Shown here in pieces: positions 14,166-25,670 of a stretch of DNA of 64,000 nt; the stretch's first letter is position 1; every line of letters starts with the position of its first letter. This DNA is from Felis catus (Eukaryota), in contig NC_058368.1 of the NCBI RefSeq assembly GCF_018350175.1, forward strand, positions 189,660,001 through 189,724,000. The letters are read 5' to 3'. Under the pieces are notes generated by a model. The model was not told where the DNA came from. It searched no databases and saw only the letters and a list, made by a program, of their open reading frames with translations. The position numbers were made by a program, and so were the translations under genes.

Positions 14166-14924
14166 TGGGGCAGGGGGTAGGGCAGGGGGGATAAAGGATA
14201 AATAGTGAAAAGTACATAAAAGCCTCTGAGAAAAATCTATAAAATGTTGGAATAGAGGTGGTGGGATCAAGTAAATCATTATTACAAAAGTCAGCACCCT
14301 AGATTCCCCTCTATTAAATGCTTGTCATTACCACCTCATTATATATACTTATATACTCCACAACATTGGAAATTCCTAGACTGTCAGTGCCACATCTCAA
14401 CTTCTTCACCTGCTCAAAAATGCACAAGATAGGTGCTCAAGAAATGTAGTGTATACTGATTTATAAGAGCACTGCAATTACAAGATGGATGTGATCAGGC
14501 AAGGACCATCAGGGGAAAGGAAGAACTAAGGGTCTGGGTGCTCCGGAGCCTTAAGACTTAAGGTAAATATCTGAAAACAGAGAAACTGACAGAAGAGTCA
14601 AAGGTCCAAGAAGTCAGGCAGAGTTTGAGGGATTAGGGTGTTTTAAAAAAGCATCTAGGAAGTCAGTTGAGTCAATGGCACTGACAGTCAAGACAGCAAA
14701 GCACCATTGAGTCTGCTTTCAAATTTCTTTTAAGCAGGGTGGTCTTAAGAGCAAGGGTGCCATGTGGTTGAAGGAAAACAATTTGGCCACAGAAATTTAG
14801 TCAACTGAGAAATTTAGGCCAACAATAGAAGATTCATTGGAACTACCTAGTCCCACAATAGAATGTCTTTTAAAATATCGTTTATTGGTTTTCAAAATTT
14901 CAAAAACAATGCATTCTCATTAAA

Positions 14925-15470
14925 CTAACAAGGATATCAAACTTAAAATGTCCAAAACTGAGCTCCAGGTCTTGCCTCCCAAATTTCATCTTCCTGCAGA
15001 CCTCCCCATCTCATTAATGCAGTTATATTCTAGTTGCCCAGGCCAAAAAATTGGATTCATTCATGACTATTCTCTTTATCTTTTATTCGAGTTTACTGTT
15101 CCTTCTACTATCATGTGTTTGCCCCAGATAGATATCTGGTTCACACCCTCATCTCCTTGAGATCGTTACTCAAAAGCTACTTTGACAAGTGAAACTTCCC
15201 TTGATGACCTTATTTACAATTGGAAACCTCCCCAACACTCCATCCCCCTTCCTGGCTTCATTCTTTTTCCATAGTACTTTTCACTATCAACCCTAATATA
15301 TATTTGACTTGATTCTTCTGTCTACTCTTTCTCTCTTACTCTTTTGTACCTTCTTGAAAGCAAAACTTTCTTGTTTTTCTTCTTTATCACTTTAGCCCCA
15401 ACATAGAGAATTTAGAAGACATTTAGAAGAGTTTAATAAAAATTTTATTGAATGGATTAACAGAATACAA
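14925..15470 (+). mobile_element. L2 LINE fragment
   Basis: 'tcaaacttaaaatgtccaaaactgagctcc...cctgcagacctccccatctca' and the 3'-end-like 'aataaaaattttattgaatggatt'. Confidence 0.55.
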
Positions 15471-16729
15471 ATAAGCAGAATAATTCCACCCAGGCAAACA
15501 TTACTCAGACTTTGATGTATAGTTGTTCAAATACTTATCTATACATTATTGTTATCTTATGAATATAAGATTATATCACATATGTTGAACCTGTATGTTT
15601 ATTTTATCAGACTAAGAATTATTGGATATTTTGGATGTTTCAACTAAATCCTATTATCCCAAATTTTCACTTCAACAAATACCAAAGAATAGGAATAATG
15701 GGCTGGAAATGAATTTGAAATATAATAATAAACATATAGGGAAATACTGAAAGTTAAATTTTAGAATGGACAGAAATCTTTAAAGATAAATAAAGGATGC
15801 AAAGCAGTCACAATCATGGACCAAAATTATCAAGGAATAGTGTCTGGAGAACATTCATTTTATGTTTTTCTTTGCCAAATAGTTACATTGATCAGCTTAT
15901 TTTTGACTAAATTGTTTTCAGTAGAATAACCTGGAGCTGGTGTTGGCAAAAGTCGACAGAGACATAAAGAGAGCCAAAAGTTCTCAGTGGCATCCCGATT
16001 CTGCCAGAAGTGGGATCAGAGGGCCTAGAATCATGAGAAGATCATCACTAATGTTTTCTTTGAAAGACCTCAGGGCCTCAGACCATGGAAATTACCCTAC
16101 ACTTCAATTTCACCATCTATCACATCAACACAGAAATGCCCTTCATCTCTCCACCACTCAAGGATGGACAAATAAAGATAAGCCAGACATCTCTGAAATT
16201 TTAAAGAAAAGTCTTGGCACAGCTCCGTGGGCTTTTCCAGAGCCAAACGCCAATGGGATTGGTTTCTGGAGTCCAGTGACCCTCATTCTTTTTTTACCGC
16301 ATGGAGATTCTTACGGGGGCACTGAGAGGATCATTGTATTTGCTCCACATCCATCATCCTTGCTGACCACCTTGGTTCCTAACTGCTACGAATCCCTTTG
16401 AAAACCATCCGGTTAATGGAAATTTTGAGAGCTTAGGATGACTTCCGATTGTCTGAATAAAGTGGATGACATGACTTTTTTGGTTTTTTTCTTTTCTGAG
16501 AAAATGGGAATCAGACCCTCTGTTTTGTATTATCAGCTCAGCTGCTGAATCGAGATGTCACCAGCAGCAGTACTGGGCTTTAACCACATATAAAAGGGGA
16601 CTGCTGAGAGGGAACACTGGGTTGGCATCTACAAAGGACTCAGTCTTCATGTAAAGGGAGGAGAGAGACCAGTCATCCTTCAGCAGCTCAATTCAGGGCC
16701 CATCTTGAAGAGAAATGAAAAGATGAAGA

Positions 16730-16816
16730 AAATAATATTCTGAACCTACTATGTGACATGCCCTGTGCCGGTGCTTTCACATATGCTATCTTAGTTAATC
16801 CTCAAAACCATCACAT
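16730..16816 (-). mobile_element. MIR, part split off by the full-length L1 (remainder ~24392-24465)
   Basis: 'tgaacctactatgtg...ccctgtgccggtgctttcacatatgctatcttagttaatcctc' continues after the L1 as 'attataccaattatacagattaagaatatgtggctcaaagaaatta'. Confidence 0.6.
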
Positions 16817-16845
16817 TAATAATAACTACTTGCGGGGGGAGGAGC

Positions 16846-16856
16846 CAAGATGGCGG
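16846..16856 (+). promoter_or_regulatory. YY1 motif at the L1 5' end (internal promoter)
   Basis: CAAGATGGCGG about 14 bp into the element; a YY1 site at this position is an established L1 promoter feature. Confidence 0.75.
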
Positions 16857-18201
16857 AACAGCATGAAAGCTTTTCGTGTGTCTCGAATCCAGGAAATCTA
16901 GCCAGACCAACACTAAACCATCCTACACATCTAGAAAACCGATTGGAAGATTAATACAACAATCTGCACAACCTGAACCACAGAATTCAGCAGGTACACA
17001 ACACAAAGAGCTGAACGTGGGGAGCAAGAAGCCCTGAAAGTTAGGGAACCCCTTTTGCAGGTGGAGACTGGGGAGGGGGAGAACATACGGGAAAAGCACC
17101 CTTCCCCAAAAGCAGCTGGAGAGAAAGTGGAAAATTGGAAACAGCCGTAGGGACTAAACTAAAAAGGGAGAAAGGAGAAAGGAGAGGGTTTAAATTCCAT
17201 TAAGACTGTAAACAAGGGGAACACAAAGGCTGCAACTCTGCAGCTCGATACCTGGCGGTGCTCTGGTGGGAAAGGTGAATCCCCAGGAACAGAATGGGGT
17301 CCAGGAGGTTCTCGGGCCACACAGGGAAAAGCGGTTCCACTGCTGGAAGGACATTTGGTAGAGACTGTTGAAGCCACCTGGTCCCAGCAGACCCCGGAAG
17401 GCAGCCACATTCGCTGGTGCTGGGACAAGGTTGTTGAGGGTGAAGCCTGGTGCCAGATGTGTGTTGCAATTTTCCATGGTCCCTGAAATGCTGAGGCTAC
17501 ACTGTCTCACGATTTTTGGGGGGAGCGGGCTGGCACCTGGCCGCGGTCTCAGGGCGCCGGCAACAGCAGGGTCCAGCAAGCGTTCCTGGGTGCAGCTGAC
17601 ATTTGGCTCACTCTGCCATTGCTCAGTGAGACCCTCCCACAGAGGGGCGGAGCAGGTCAAAGCCACAGTCCTTCAGAAGTAAGGGGCCGGAGAAAACAGC
17701 CGCATCTGAGACAAAACTTGGGAGAGAGGTACTGCCTGGGGCCTGGTCACAGAGAGTGGAAAAGCGGGGAGTGGACGAGAGCTGAAGATGGAGAACTGGT
17801 ATGCGATTGCTGAGACGGGAGAACAGACTGGGTGGCTGGGTCACACCATTTTTCACCACTCCTGCGCATGCGCACCGATGAGCACCGCAACAATCCACCC
17901 CAGCAGGCTAGCAGCGCCATCTAGGGAAGAGCGGAGCTGTTACACCAAGCCCTGCCCAACTGGGCCAACTTCGCTCTTCAAGAACACAAACCTCACCACC
18001 AGTTTAATTTATGGACTATAAAGAGCTACATGGACTGACTTCTAGGGGAAAACAAAGCAACTTCAATCCTACTTCTTCTGTTAGGTTAATCTATTCAATT
18101 TTTTTTTCTTTTTCCTTTTTCTCTTTTACAATTCTTTTTCTTGAATACAAAAAGAGAGAAAACTCATTTTTATTTTCAATTTTTATTAAAAATATGTCTT
18201 T

Positions 18202-18435
18202 GGGGCGCCAGGGTGGCTCAGTCGGTTGGGCAGCCGACTTCGGCTCAGGTCATGATCTCGCGGTCCGTGAGTTCGAGCCCCGCGTTGGGCTCTGTGCTGA
18301 CAGCTCGGAGCCTGGAGCCTGTTTCAGATTCTGTGTCTCCCTCTCTCTGACCCTCCCCCATTCATGCTCTGTCTCTCTCTGTCTCAAAAATAAATAAACG
18401 TTACAAAAAAAATTTAAAATAAATAAATAAATAAA
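18202..18435 (+). mobile_element. CanSINE (feliform type) inserted in the L1 5'UTR
   Basis: GGGGCGCC head, (CT)-rich segment and A-rich tail. TSD TAAAAATATGTCTTT at 18187-18201 and 18436-18450. Confidence 0.95.
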
Positions 18436-19104
18436 TAAAAATATGTCTTTAATTTTTATTACTATATTTTTTACTTCTGTGTAATTTTTTTCAAATGCTA
18501 CTTAACTTCCATCATTTTATTTTAGTCTCCTTCAGTGTACTCAACTTTTCAAATTTTCAAACAAATTTCCTTTTTTTCTTTCTTTCTCTTTTTTCTCTTT
18601 TTCATTTCTTTTTCTTGAATGCAGAAAGAGAAAATCTTCATTTTTACTTTCAATTTCTTTTTAAAATATTTTTATTTAATTATTATTATTTTGCTTTTAT
18701 GTAAAATTTTTCAAATTCTATCTTACTCCCATCATTTTATTTCAGCCTACTACAGTGTATTCACTTTTTCAAATTTTCAAGCGATTTCTTTTTTTTGTCT
18801 TTTCTTTTTTCTCTTTTTATCTTTTTCTCTTTTTTGTTTCTTTTCTTTTTCTTAAATACAGAAAATGAAAAAATTCATATTTCTTTTTAATTTTTATTAA
18901 AAATATTTTTCTATAATTTTTTCTACTATATTCCCTACTTTTGTGTATTGTAGTCTACTTTAGTGTATTCATTTTTTCAAATTCTCAAACAATTTCCTTT
19001 TTTTTGTCTCCCCCCCCTTTTTTTTTTGTTTGTTTCTCTAATCTGTCAAACCACTTTCTACACCCGGACCAAAACACACCTAGGATCTAGCATCATTTAT
19101 TTGA

Positions 19105-19108
<4 letters not shown>

Positions 19109-19140
<32 letters not shown>
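19109..19140. repeat. (TG)n microsatellite at the end of the L1 5'UTR
   Basis: Read directly from the sequence. Confidence 0.95.
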
Positions 19141-19143
<3 letters not shown>

Positions 19144-19211
19144 AATTTTTAATTTTAATATTTTTTTAATTTCAAATTTTCTACCTCATTAATTCCTTTT
19201 CTCCCTTCAAA

Positions 19212-20094
19212 ATGACAAAACAAAGGAATTCACCCCAAAAGAAAGAGCACAAAAAAACAACAGCCAGGGATTTAACCAACACAGACACAAGCAAGATGTC
19301 TGAACCAGAATTTAGAATCACAATAATAAGAACACTAGCTGGAGTCAAAAATAGATTAGATTCCCTTTCTGCAGAGATAAAGGAAGTAAAAAATAGCCAG
19401 AATGAAATTGAAAATGCTGTAACTGAGCTGCAATCACGGATAGATGCAGCGGCGGCAAGGATGGACAAGGCAGAACAGAGAATCAGTGATATAAAGGACA
19501 AACTTATAGAGAATAACGAAGCAGAGAAAAAGAGGGAGATTAAAGCAAAAGAGCACAATTTAAGAATTAGAGAAATCAATGACTCATGAAAAAGGAACAA
19601 CATCAGAATCATAGGGGTCCCAGAGGAGGAAGAGAGAGAAATAGGGGTAGAAGGGTTATGTGAGCAAATCATAGCAGAAAACTTTCCTAACCTGGGGAAA
19701 GACACAGACATCAAAATCCAGGAAGCACAGAGGACTCCCATTAGATTCAACAAAAACCGACCATCAACAAGGCATAGCACAGTCAAATTCACAAAATACT
19801 CAGGCAAGGAGAGAATCATGAAAGCAGTAAGGGAAAAAAAAGTCCCTAACCTACAAGGGAAGACAGATCAGGTTTGCAGCAAAACTATCCACAGAAATTT
19901 GGCAGGCCAGAAAGGAGTGGCAGTATATACTCAGTGTGCTGAATCAGAAAAATATGCAGCCAAGAATTCTTTATCCAGCAAGGCTGTCATTCAAAATAGA
20001 AGGAGAGATAAAAAGTTTCCCAGACAAACAAAAATTAAAGGAGTTTGTGAACACCAAACCAGCCCTGCAAGAAATTTTAAGGGGGACACTCTAG
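19212..20094 (+). pseudogene. L1 ORF1p (RNA-binding chaperone), disrupted
   Basis: MTKQRNSPQKKE...coiled coil...KRNNIRIIGVPE...KPALQEILRGTL*. Premature TGA at 19587-19589 and a frameshift near 19840. Confidence 0.93.
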
Positions 20095-20116
20095 GGGAGA
20101 AAAGATGAAAATATAT

Positions 20117-20168
20117 ACATATAAATACATACATACATACATACATACATACATACATACATACATAC
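20117..20168. repeat. (CATA)n repeat in the L1 inter-ORF spacer
   Basis: Read directly from the sequence. Confidence 0.9.
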
Positions 20169-20236
20169 CAAAAGCAACAAAAGATTAGAAAGGCCCAGAG
20201 AACACCACCAGAAACTCCAACTCTACAATCATCATA

Positions 20237-23200
20237 ATGGCAATAAAATCAAATCTTTCAGTTCTTATTCTAAATGTCAATGGACTCAATGTTCCAATCA
20301 AAAGACATAGGGTAACAGAATGGATAAGAAAACAAGACCCATCTATATGCTGTTTACAAGAGACCCACTTTAGACCTAAAGACACCTACAGATTGAAAAT
20401 AAGGGGATGGAGAACCATCTATCTTGCTAATGGTCAACAAAAGAAAGCCAGAGTAGCCATACTTATATCAGACAATATAGACTTTAAAATGAAGACTGTA
20501 TCAAGAGATGCAGAAGGGAATTATATCATAATCAAGGGTCTATAGACCAAGAACACCTAATAATTGTAAACATTTATGTGCCAAATGTGCAAGCACCCAA
20601 ATATATAAATCAATTAATGACAAACATAAAGAAACTCATCGATAGTAATACCATAATAGTAGGAGACTTCAACACCCCACTTACAGCAATGGAAAGATCA
20701 TCTAATCAAAAAATCAACAAGGAAACAATGGCTTAGACTGACACCCTGGACCAGATGGACTTAACAGATATATTCAGAACTTTTCATCCTAAAGCAGCAG
20801 AATATACATTCTTCTCCAGTGCACATGGAATGTTCTCCAGAATAGACCGTATACTGGGACACAAATCAGCCTTAAGTAAGTACAAAAAGATCGGGATCAT
20901 ACCGTGCATATTCTCAGACCACAATGCTATGAAACTTGAAATCAATCACAAGAAAAAATTTGGAAAGGTAACAAATACTTGGAGACTGAAGAACATCCTA
21001 CTGAAGAATGAATGGGCTAACCAAGCAGTTAAAGAGGAAATTAAAAAGTATATGGAAGTCAATGAAAATGATAGCACCACAACCCCAAACCTCTGGGACG
21101 CAGCAAAGGTGGTCATAAGAGGACAGTATATAGCAATCCAGGCCTTCCAAAAGAAGGAAGAAAGATCTCAGATACACAACCTAACCTTATGCCTTAAGGA
21201 GCTGGAAAAAGAACAGCAAATAAAACCCAAAACCAGCAGAAGACAGGAAATAATAAAGATTAGAGTAGAAATTAATGCTATCGAAACCAAAAAAAACCAG
21301 TAGAACAGATCAATGAAACCAGAAGCTGGTTCTTTGAAAGAATTAACAAAATTGATAAACCACTAGCCAGTTTGATCAAGAAGAAAAAGGAAAGGACCCA
21401 AATAAGTAAAATCAAGAATGAAAGAGGACAAATCACAACCAACTCAACAGGAATAAAAATAATAATAAGAGAATATTATGAGCAATTATATGCCAATAAA
21501 ATGGTCAATCTGGAAGAAATGGACAAATTTCTAGAAATATATACACTACCAAAACTGAAACAGGAAGAAATAGAAAATTTGAACAGACCCATAACCAGTA
21601 AGGAAATTGAATGAGTAATCAAAAATCTGCCAAAAAACAAGAGTCCAGGACCAGATGGCTTTCCAGGGGAATTCTACCAAACATTTAAGGAAGAGTTAAC
21701 ACCTGTTCTCTTGAAACTGTTCCAAAAAATAGAAATGGAAAGAAAACTTCCAAACTCTTTCTATGAAGCCAGCATTACCCTGATTCCAAAACCAGAGACC
21801 CCAATAAAAAGGAGAACTATAGACCAATTTCCCTGATGAACATAGATGCAAAAATCCTCAGCAAGATATTAGCCAACCAGATCCAAAAATACATTAGAAA
21901 AAATTATTCACCATGACCAAGTGGGATGCAGGGCTGGTTCAATATCCACAGAACAATTAACATGATTCATCACATCAATAAAAGAAAGGACAAGAACCAT
22001 ATGATCCTCTCAACAGATGCAGAGAAAGCACTTGACAAAATACAGCATCCTTTCTTGATAAAAACCCTCAAGAAAGTAGGGACAGAAGGAGCATACCTCA
22101 AGATCATAAAAGCCATACACAAGTGACCCAACGCTAATATCATCCTCAATGGGGAAAAACAGAGTTTTCCCCCTAAGGTCAGGAAGAAGACAGGGATGTC
22201 CACTCTTGCCTCTATTATTCAACATAGAATTGGAAGTCTTAGCCTCTGTAATCAGACAACACAAAGAAAAGGCATCCAAATCGGCCAGGAGGAGGTCAAA
22301 CTTTCACTCTTTGCAGATAACATGATACTCTATATGGAAAACCCAAAAGATTCCACCAAAGAACTGCTAGAACTGATTCATGAATTCAGCAAAGTTGCAG
22401 GATATAAAATCAATGCACAGAAAACAATTGCATTCCTATACACCAGCAATGAAGTGACAAAAAGAGAAATCAAGGAATCGATCCCATTTACAGTTGCACC
22501 AAAAACCATAAAATACCTAGGAATAAATCTAACCAAAAAGGTGAAAAATCTATACACTGAAAACTATAGAAAGCTTATGAAAGAAATTGAAGAAGACACA
22601 AAGAAATGGAAAAAGATTCCATGCTCCTGGATAGGAAGAACAAATATTGTTAAAATGTCGATACTACCCAAAGCAATCTATGTATTCAACGTGATCCCTA
22701 TCAAAGTAACAGCAGCATTCTTCACAGAGCTAGAACAAACAATCCTAAAATTTGTATGGAACCAGAAAAGACCCCGAATAGCCAGAGCAATCTTGAAAAA
22801 GAAAACCAAAGCCAGAGGCATCACAATCCCAGACTTCAAGCTATACTACAAAGCTGTAATCATCAAGACAGTATGGTACTGGCACAAGAACAGACACTCA
22901 GATCAATGGAATAGAACAGAGAACCCAGAAATGGACCCACAAACGTATGGTCAACTAATCTTTGACAAAGCAGAAAAGAATATCCAATGGAATAAAGACA
23001 GTCTCTTCAGCAAGTGGTGCTGGGAAAACTGGACAGCGACATGCAGAAGAATGAACCTGGACCACTTTCTTACACCATACACAAAAATAAACTCAAAATG
23101 GATGAAAGACCGCAATGTAAAACAGGAAGCCATCAAAATCCTTGAGGAGAAAGCAGGCAAAAACCTCTTTGATCTTGCCCGCAGCAATTTCTTACTCAAC

Positions 23201-23879
23201 ACATCTCCGGAGGCAAGGGAAACAAAAGCAAAAATGAACTACTGGGACCTCATCAAAATAAAAAGCTTCTGCACAGTGAAGAAAACAATCAGCAAAACTA
23301 AAAGGCAACTGACAGAATGGGAGAAGATATTTGCAAATTACATATCAGATAAAGGGTTAGTATCCAAAATCTACAAAGAATTTATCAAACTCAACACCCA
23401 AAACAAACAATCCAGTGAAGAAATGGGCAAAAGACATGAATAGACACTTCTCCAAAGAAGACATCCAGATGGCCAACCGACACATGAAAAAATGCTCAAC
23501 ATCATTCATCATCAGGGAAATACAAATCAAAACCACAATGAGATACCACCTTACACCTGTCAGAATGGCTAACATTAACAACTCAGGCAACAACAGATGT
23601 TGGCGAGAATGCGGAGAAAGAGGATCTCTTTTGCATTGCTGGTGGGAATGCAAGCTGGTCAGCCACTCTGGAAAACAGTATGGAGGTTTCTCAAAAAACT
23701 AAAAAGAGAACTACCCTATGACCCAGCAATTGCACTACTAGGCATTTATCCAAGGGATACAGGTGTGCTGTTTCGAAGGGACACATGCACCCCTATGTTT
23801 ATAGCAGCACTATCAACAATAGCCAAAGTATGGAAAGAGCCCAAGTGTCCATTGATGGATGAATGGATAGAGAAAATGT

Positions 23880-23925
<46 letters not shown>

Positions 23926-24055
23926 ATGGAGTATTACTCAGCAATCAAAAAGAATGAAATCTTGTCATTTGCAACTACGTAGATGGAACTGGAGGTATTA
24001 TGCTAAGTGAAATTAGTCAGAGAAAGACAAAAATCATATGACTTCACTCATATGA
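20237..24055 (+). pseudogene. L1 ORF2p (endonuclease/reverse transcriptase), disrupted
   Basis: EN motifs (NVNGLN, CCLQETH, SDHN), RT region ([22 protein letters not shown]) and C-terminal region (MRYHLTP, CWWEC). Broken into many ORF pieces by stops and frameshifts (e.g. ~20540, ~21300, 21612). Confidence 0.95.
23882..23921. repeat. (TA)n expansion inside the L1 ORF2 C-terminal coding region
   Basis: About 20 TA units within the W-Y-I-Y-T codons. Confidence 0.95.
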
Positions 24056-24579
24056 GGACTTTAAGATACAAAACAGATGAACATAAGGGAAGGGAAGCAA
24101 AAATAATATAAAAACAGGGAGGGGGACAAAACAAAAGAGACTCATAAATATGGAGAACAAACTGAGGGTTGCTGGAAGGGTTGGGGGAGGGAGGATGGGC
24201 TAAATGGGTAAGGGGAATTAAGGAATCTACTGAAATCATTGCTTCACTATATACTAACTAATTTGGATGTAAATTTTAAAAAATAAAAAATAAAGTTAAA
24301 AAAATAAAAAACAAAATATGAATAAATGAAGCCTAAAGAATATGGGCTTGCAAAATAAAAAAATAATAATAACAATAATAATAACTACTTGTGATATGGC
24401 TTTCATTATACCAATTATACAGATTAAGAATATGTGGCTCAAAGAAATTACATAATTTCTAAGAAGCAATGCCAAATTTTGGAATGTTCTGAAAACTTCT
24501 AATTCCTAGTTCATTGCCCCAGTCTAGCCCCTCCACCACCCTGTATTTTTGGTCTTCAAATTTAAATGAAATAGTGATA

Positions 24580-24780
24580 TCTAGAGTTAAGGGAGATGGG
24601 AGGAATGAGTGGTGACTGCAAGGAACATTAAACTTCTTTTGGGGGTGATGAAAATGTTCTAAAATTAGTGTGGTAATATTTGCCCAACTCTGTGAATATA
24701 CTTAAATCCATTGAAATATACACTTTAAATAGGTAAGTTGTAGTGTATGTGAATTATATAAAGTTGTTAACAAAAAATAA
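24580..24780 (+). mobile_element. L1MB-like 3' end
   Basis: 'ttctttttgggggtgatgaaaatgttctaaaattag...ctgtgaatatactta...tacactttaaa...gtatgtgaattat'. Confidence 0.7.
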
Positions 24781-25470
24781 TATTTAATGGAAGGCTTTCC
24801 CTGCTTTACCAATGAAGTCACAAATTTTTAATAATCAATATATCCTGAGGTTCAAAGGCTGTGCTTTATATCTCTTCATAAATTTATATGGCAGGCAATA
24901 AATCAGTGGTTCTTGATAGAGATGATAAAACAGATCTGAACTTCTCCACTCCAATTGGTGGGGGAAATGCCCAGTTAAATGCAGCTGAATGGAGGTCAAA
25001 ACCATAATCCCAAGTAGAAATAAGACAGTAAAATTTTCTCTAGCATAGTCCCTCTCCCATTTCAACAATCTGTCCCTACTTTCCTCACATTTCCTCCTCT
25101 TCCATCATCACCATCATAATCTTGTGGCTACATAGTTTCATTCAGGGTCAAAATTAGAAATTAACTAAAGAAGCGATGGTATTCTCCTGATTCTAAGATG
25201 TTATCCTTTTAAGATGAATCATCAAGTTAGTAAAAACTTTCCAAGAAATAAAAATGGAATATCACATGAAGTACATACACCGTACACTAACTAAGCATTA
25301 CAGAAGTGTTCAAATGTGGGAGAAAACACACCTTAGAACAAAGAAATGAAGTAATTCCCACAAAAGTGGTAATCTAGTCAAGGTATGATTTCTCAATATC
25401 TGAAGAAAAACAAAATGCTTTTTAGAATCAAAGTGGTGATGCATTTTTAATGATAGAAATATAAACCTGA

Positions 25471-25670
25471 GGGGGAACCTGGGTGGTTTAGTTCATTGAA
25501 CATCCAACTCTTGATTTCAGCTCAGGTCACGATCCCAGGGACATGGAATTGAGCCCCAAGTTGGGCTCTGCACTGAGCATGGAACCTAGTTAAGATTCTC
25601 TCTCTCTCCCTCTGCCCCACTTCCCTGCTCGCGCTCTCTCTTTATATACATAAAAGCGAAAAAGAAAAGA
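25471..25670 (+). mobile_element. Older CanSINE
   Basis: Diverged head 'gggggaacctgggtggtttagttc', (CT)n segment and A-rich tail. Degenerate TSD agaaatata..ctgag. Confidence 0.85.

Larger units (their letters stand above)
16833..24375 (+). mobile_element. Full-length LINE-1 (carnivore/felid type), inactivated
   Basis: Canonical start GGGGGAGGAGCCAAGATGGCG, ~2.4-kb 5'UTR, ORF1, ORF2, G-rich 3'UTR and A-rich tail. Perfect 16-bp TSD TAATAATAACTACTTG at 16817-16832 and 24376-24391. Confidence 0.97.

Noticed and set aside
15940..16401. 153-aa ORF upstream of the L1
   Set aside because: GTG start, no recognisable protein family and no convincing splice context.
17190..17666. 158-aa antisense ORF in the L1 5'UTR, as a possible ORF0 analogue
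   Set aside because: It starts at GTG, and this GC-rich region has overlapping ORFs in several frames. There is no recognisable domain or evidence of conservation.
19181..19819. 212-aa minus-strand ORF
   Set aside because: Antisense shadow of the A-rich L1 ORF1.
22196..23443. 415-aa ORF as a functional reverse transcriptase gene
   Set aside because: Fragment of the broken L1 ORF2; it lacks the upstream RT motifs in frame and has FADN at the catalytic site.
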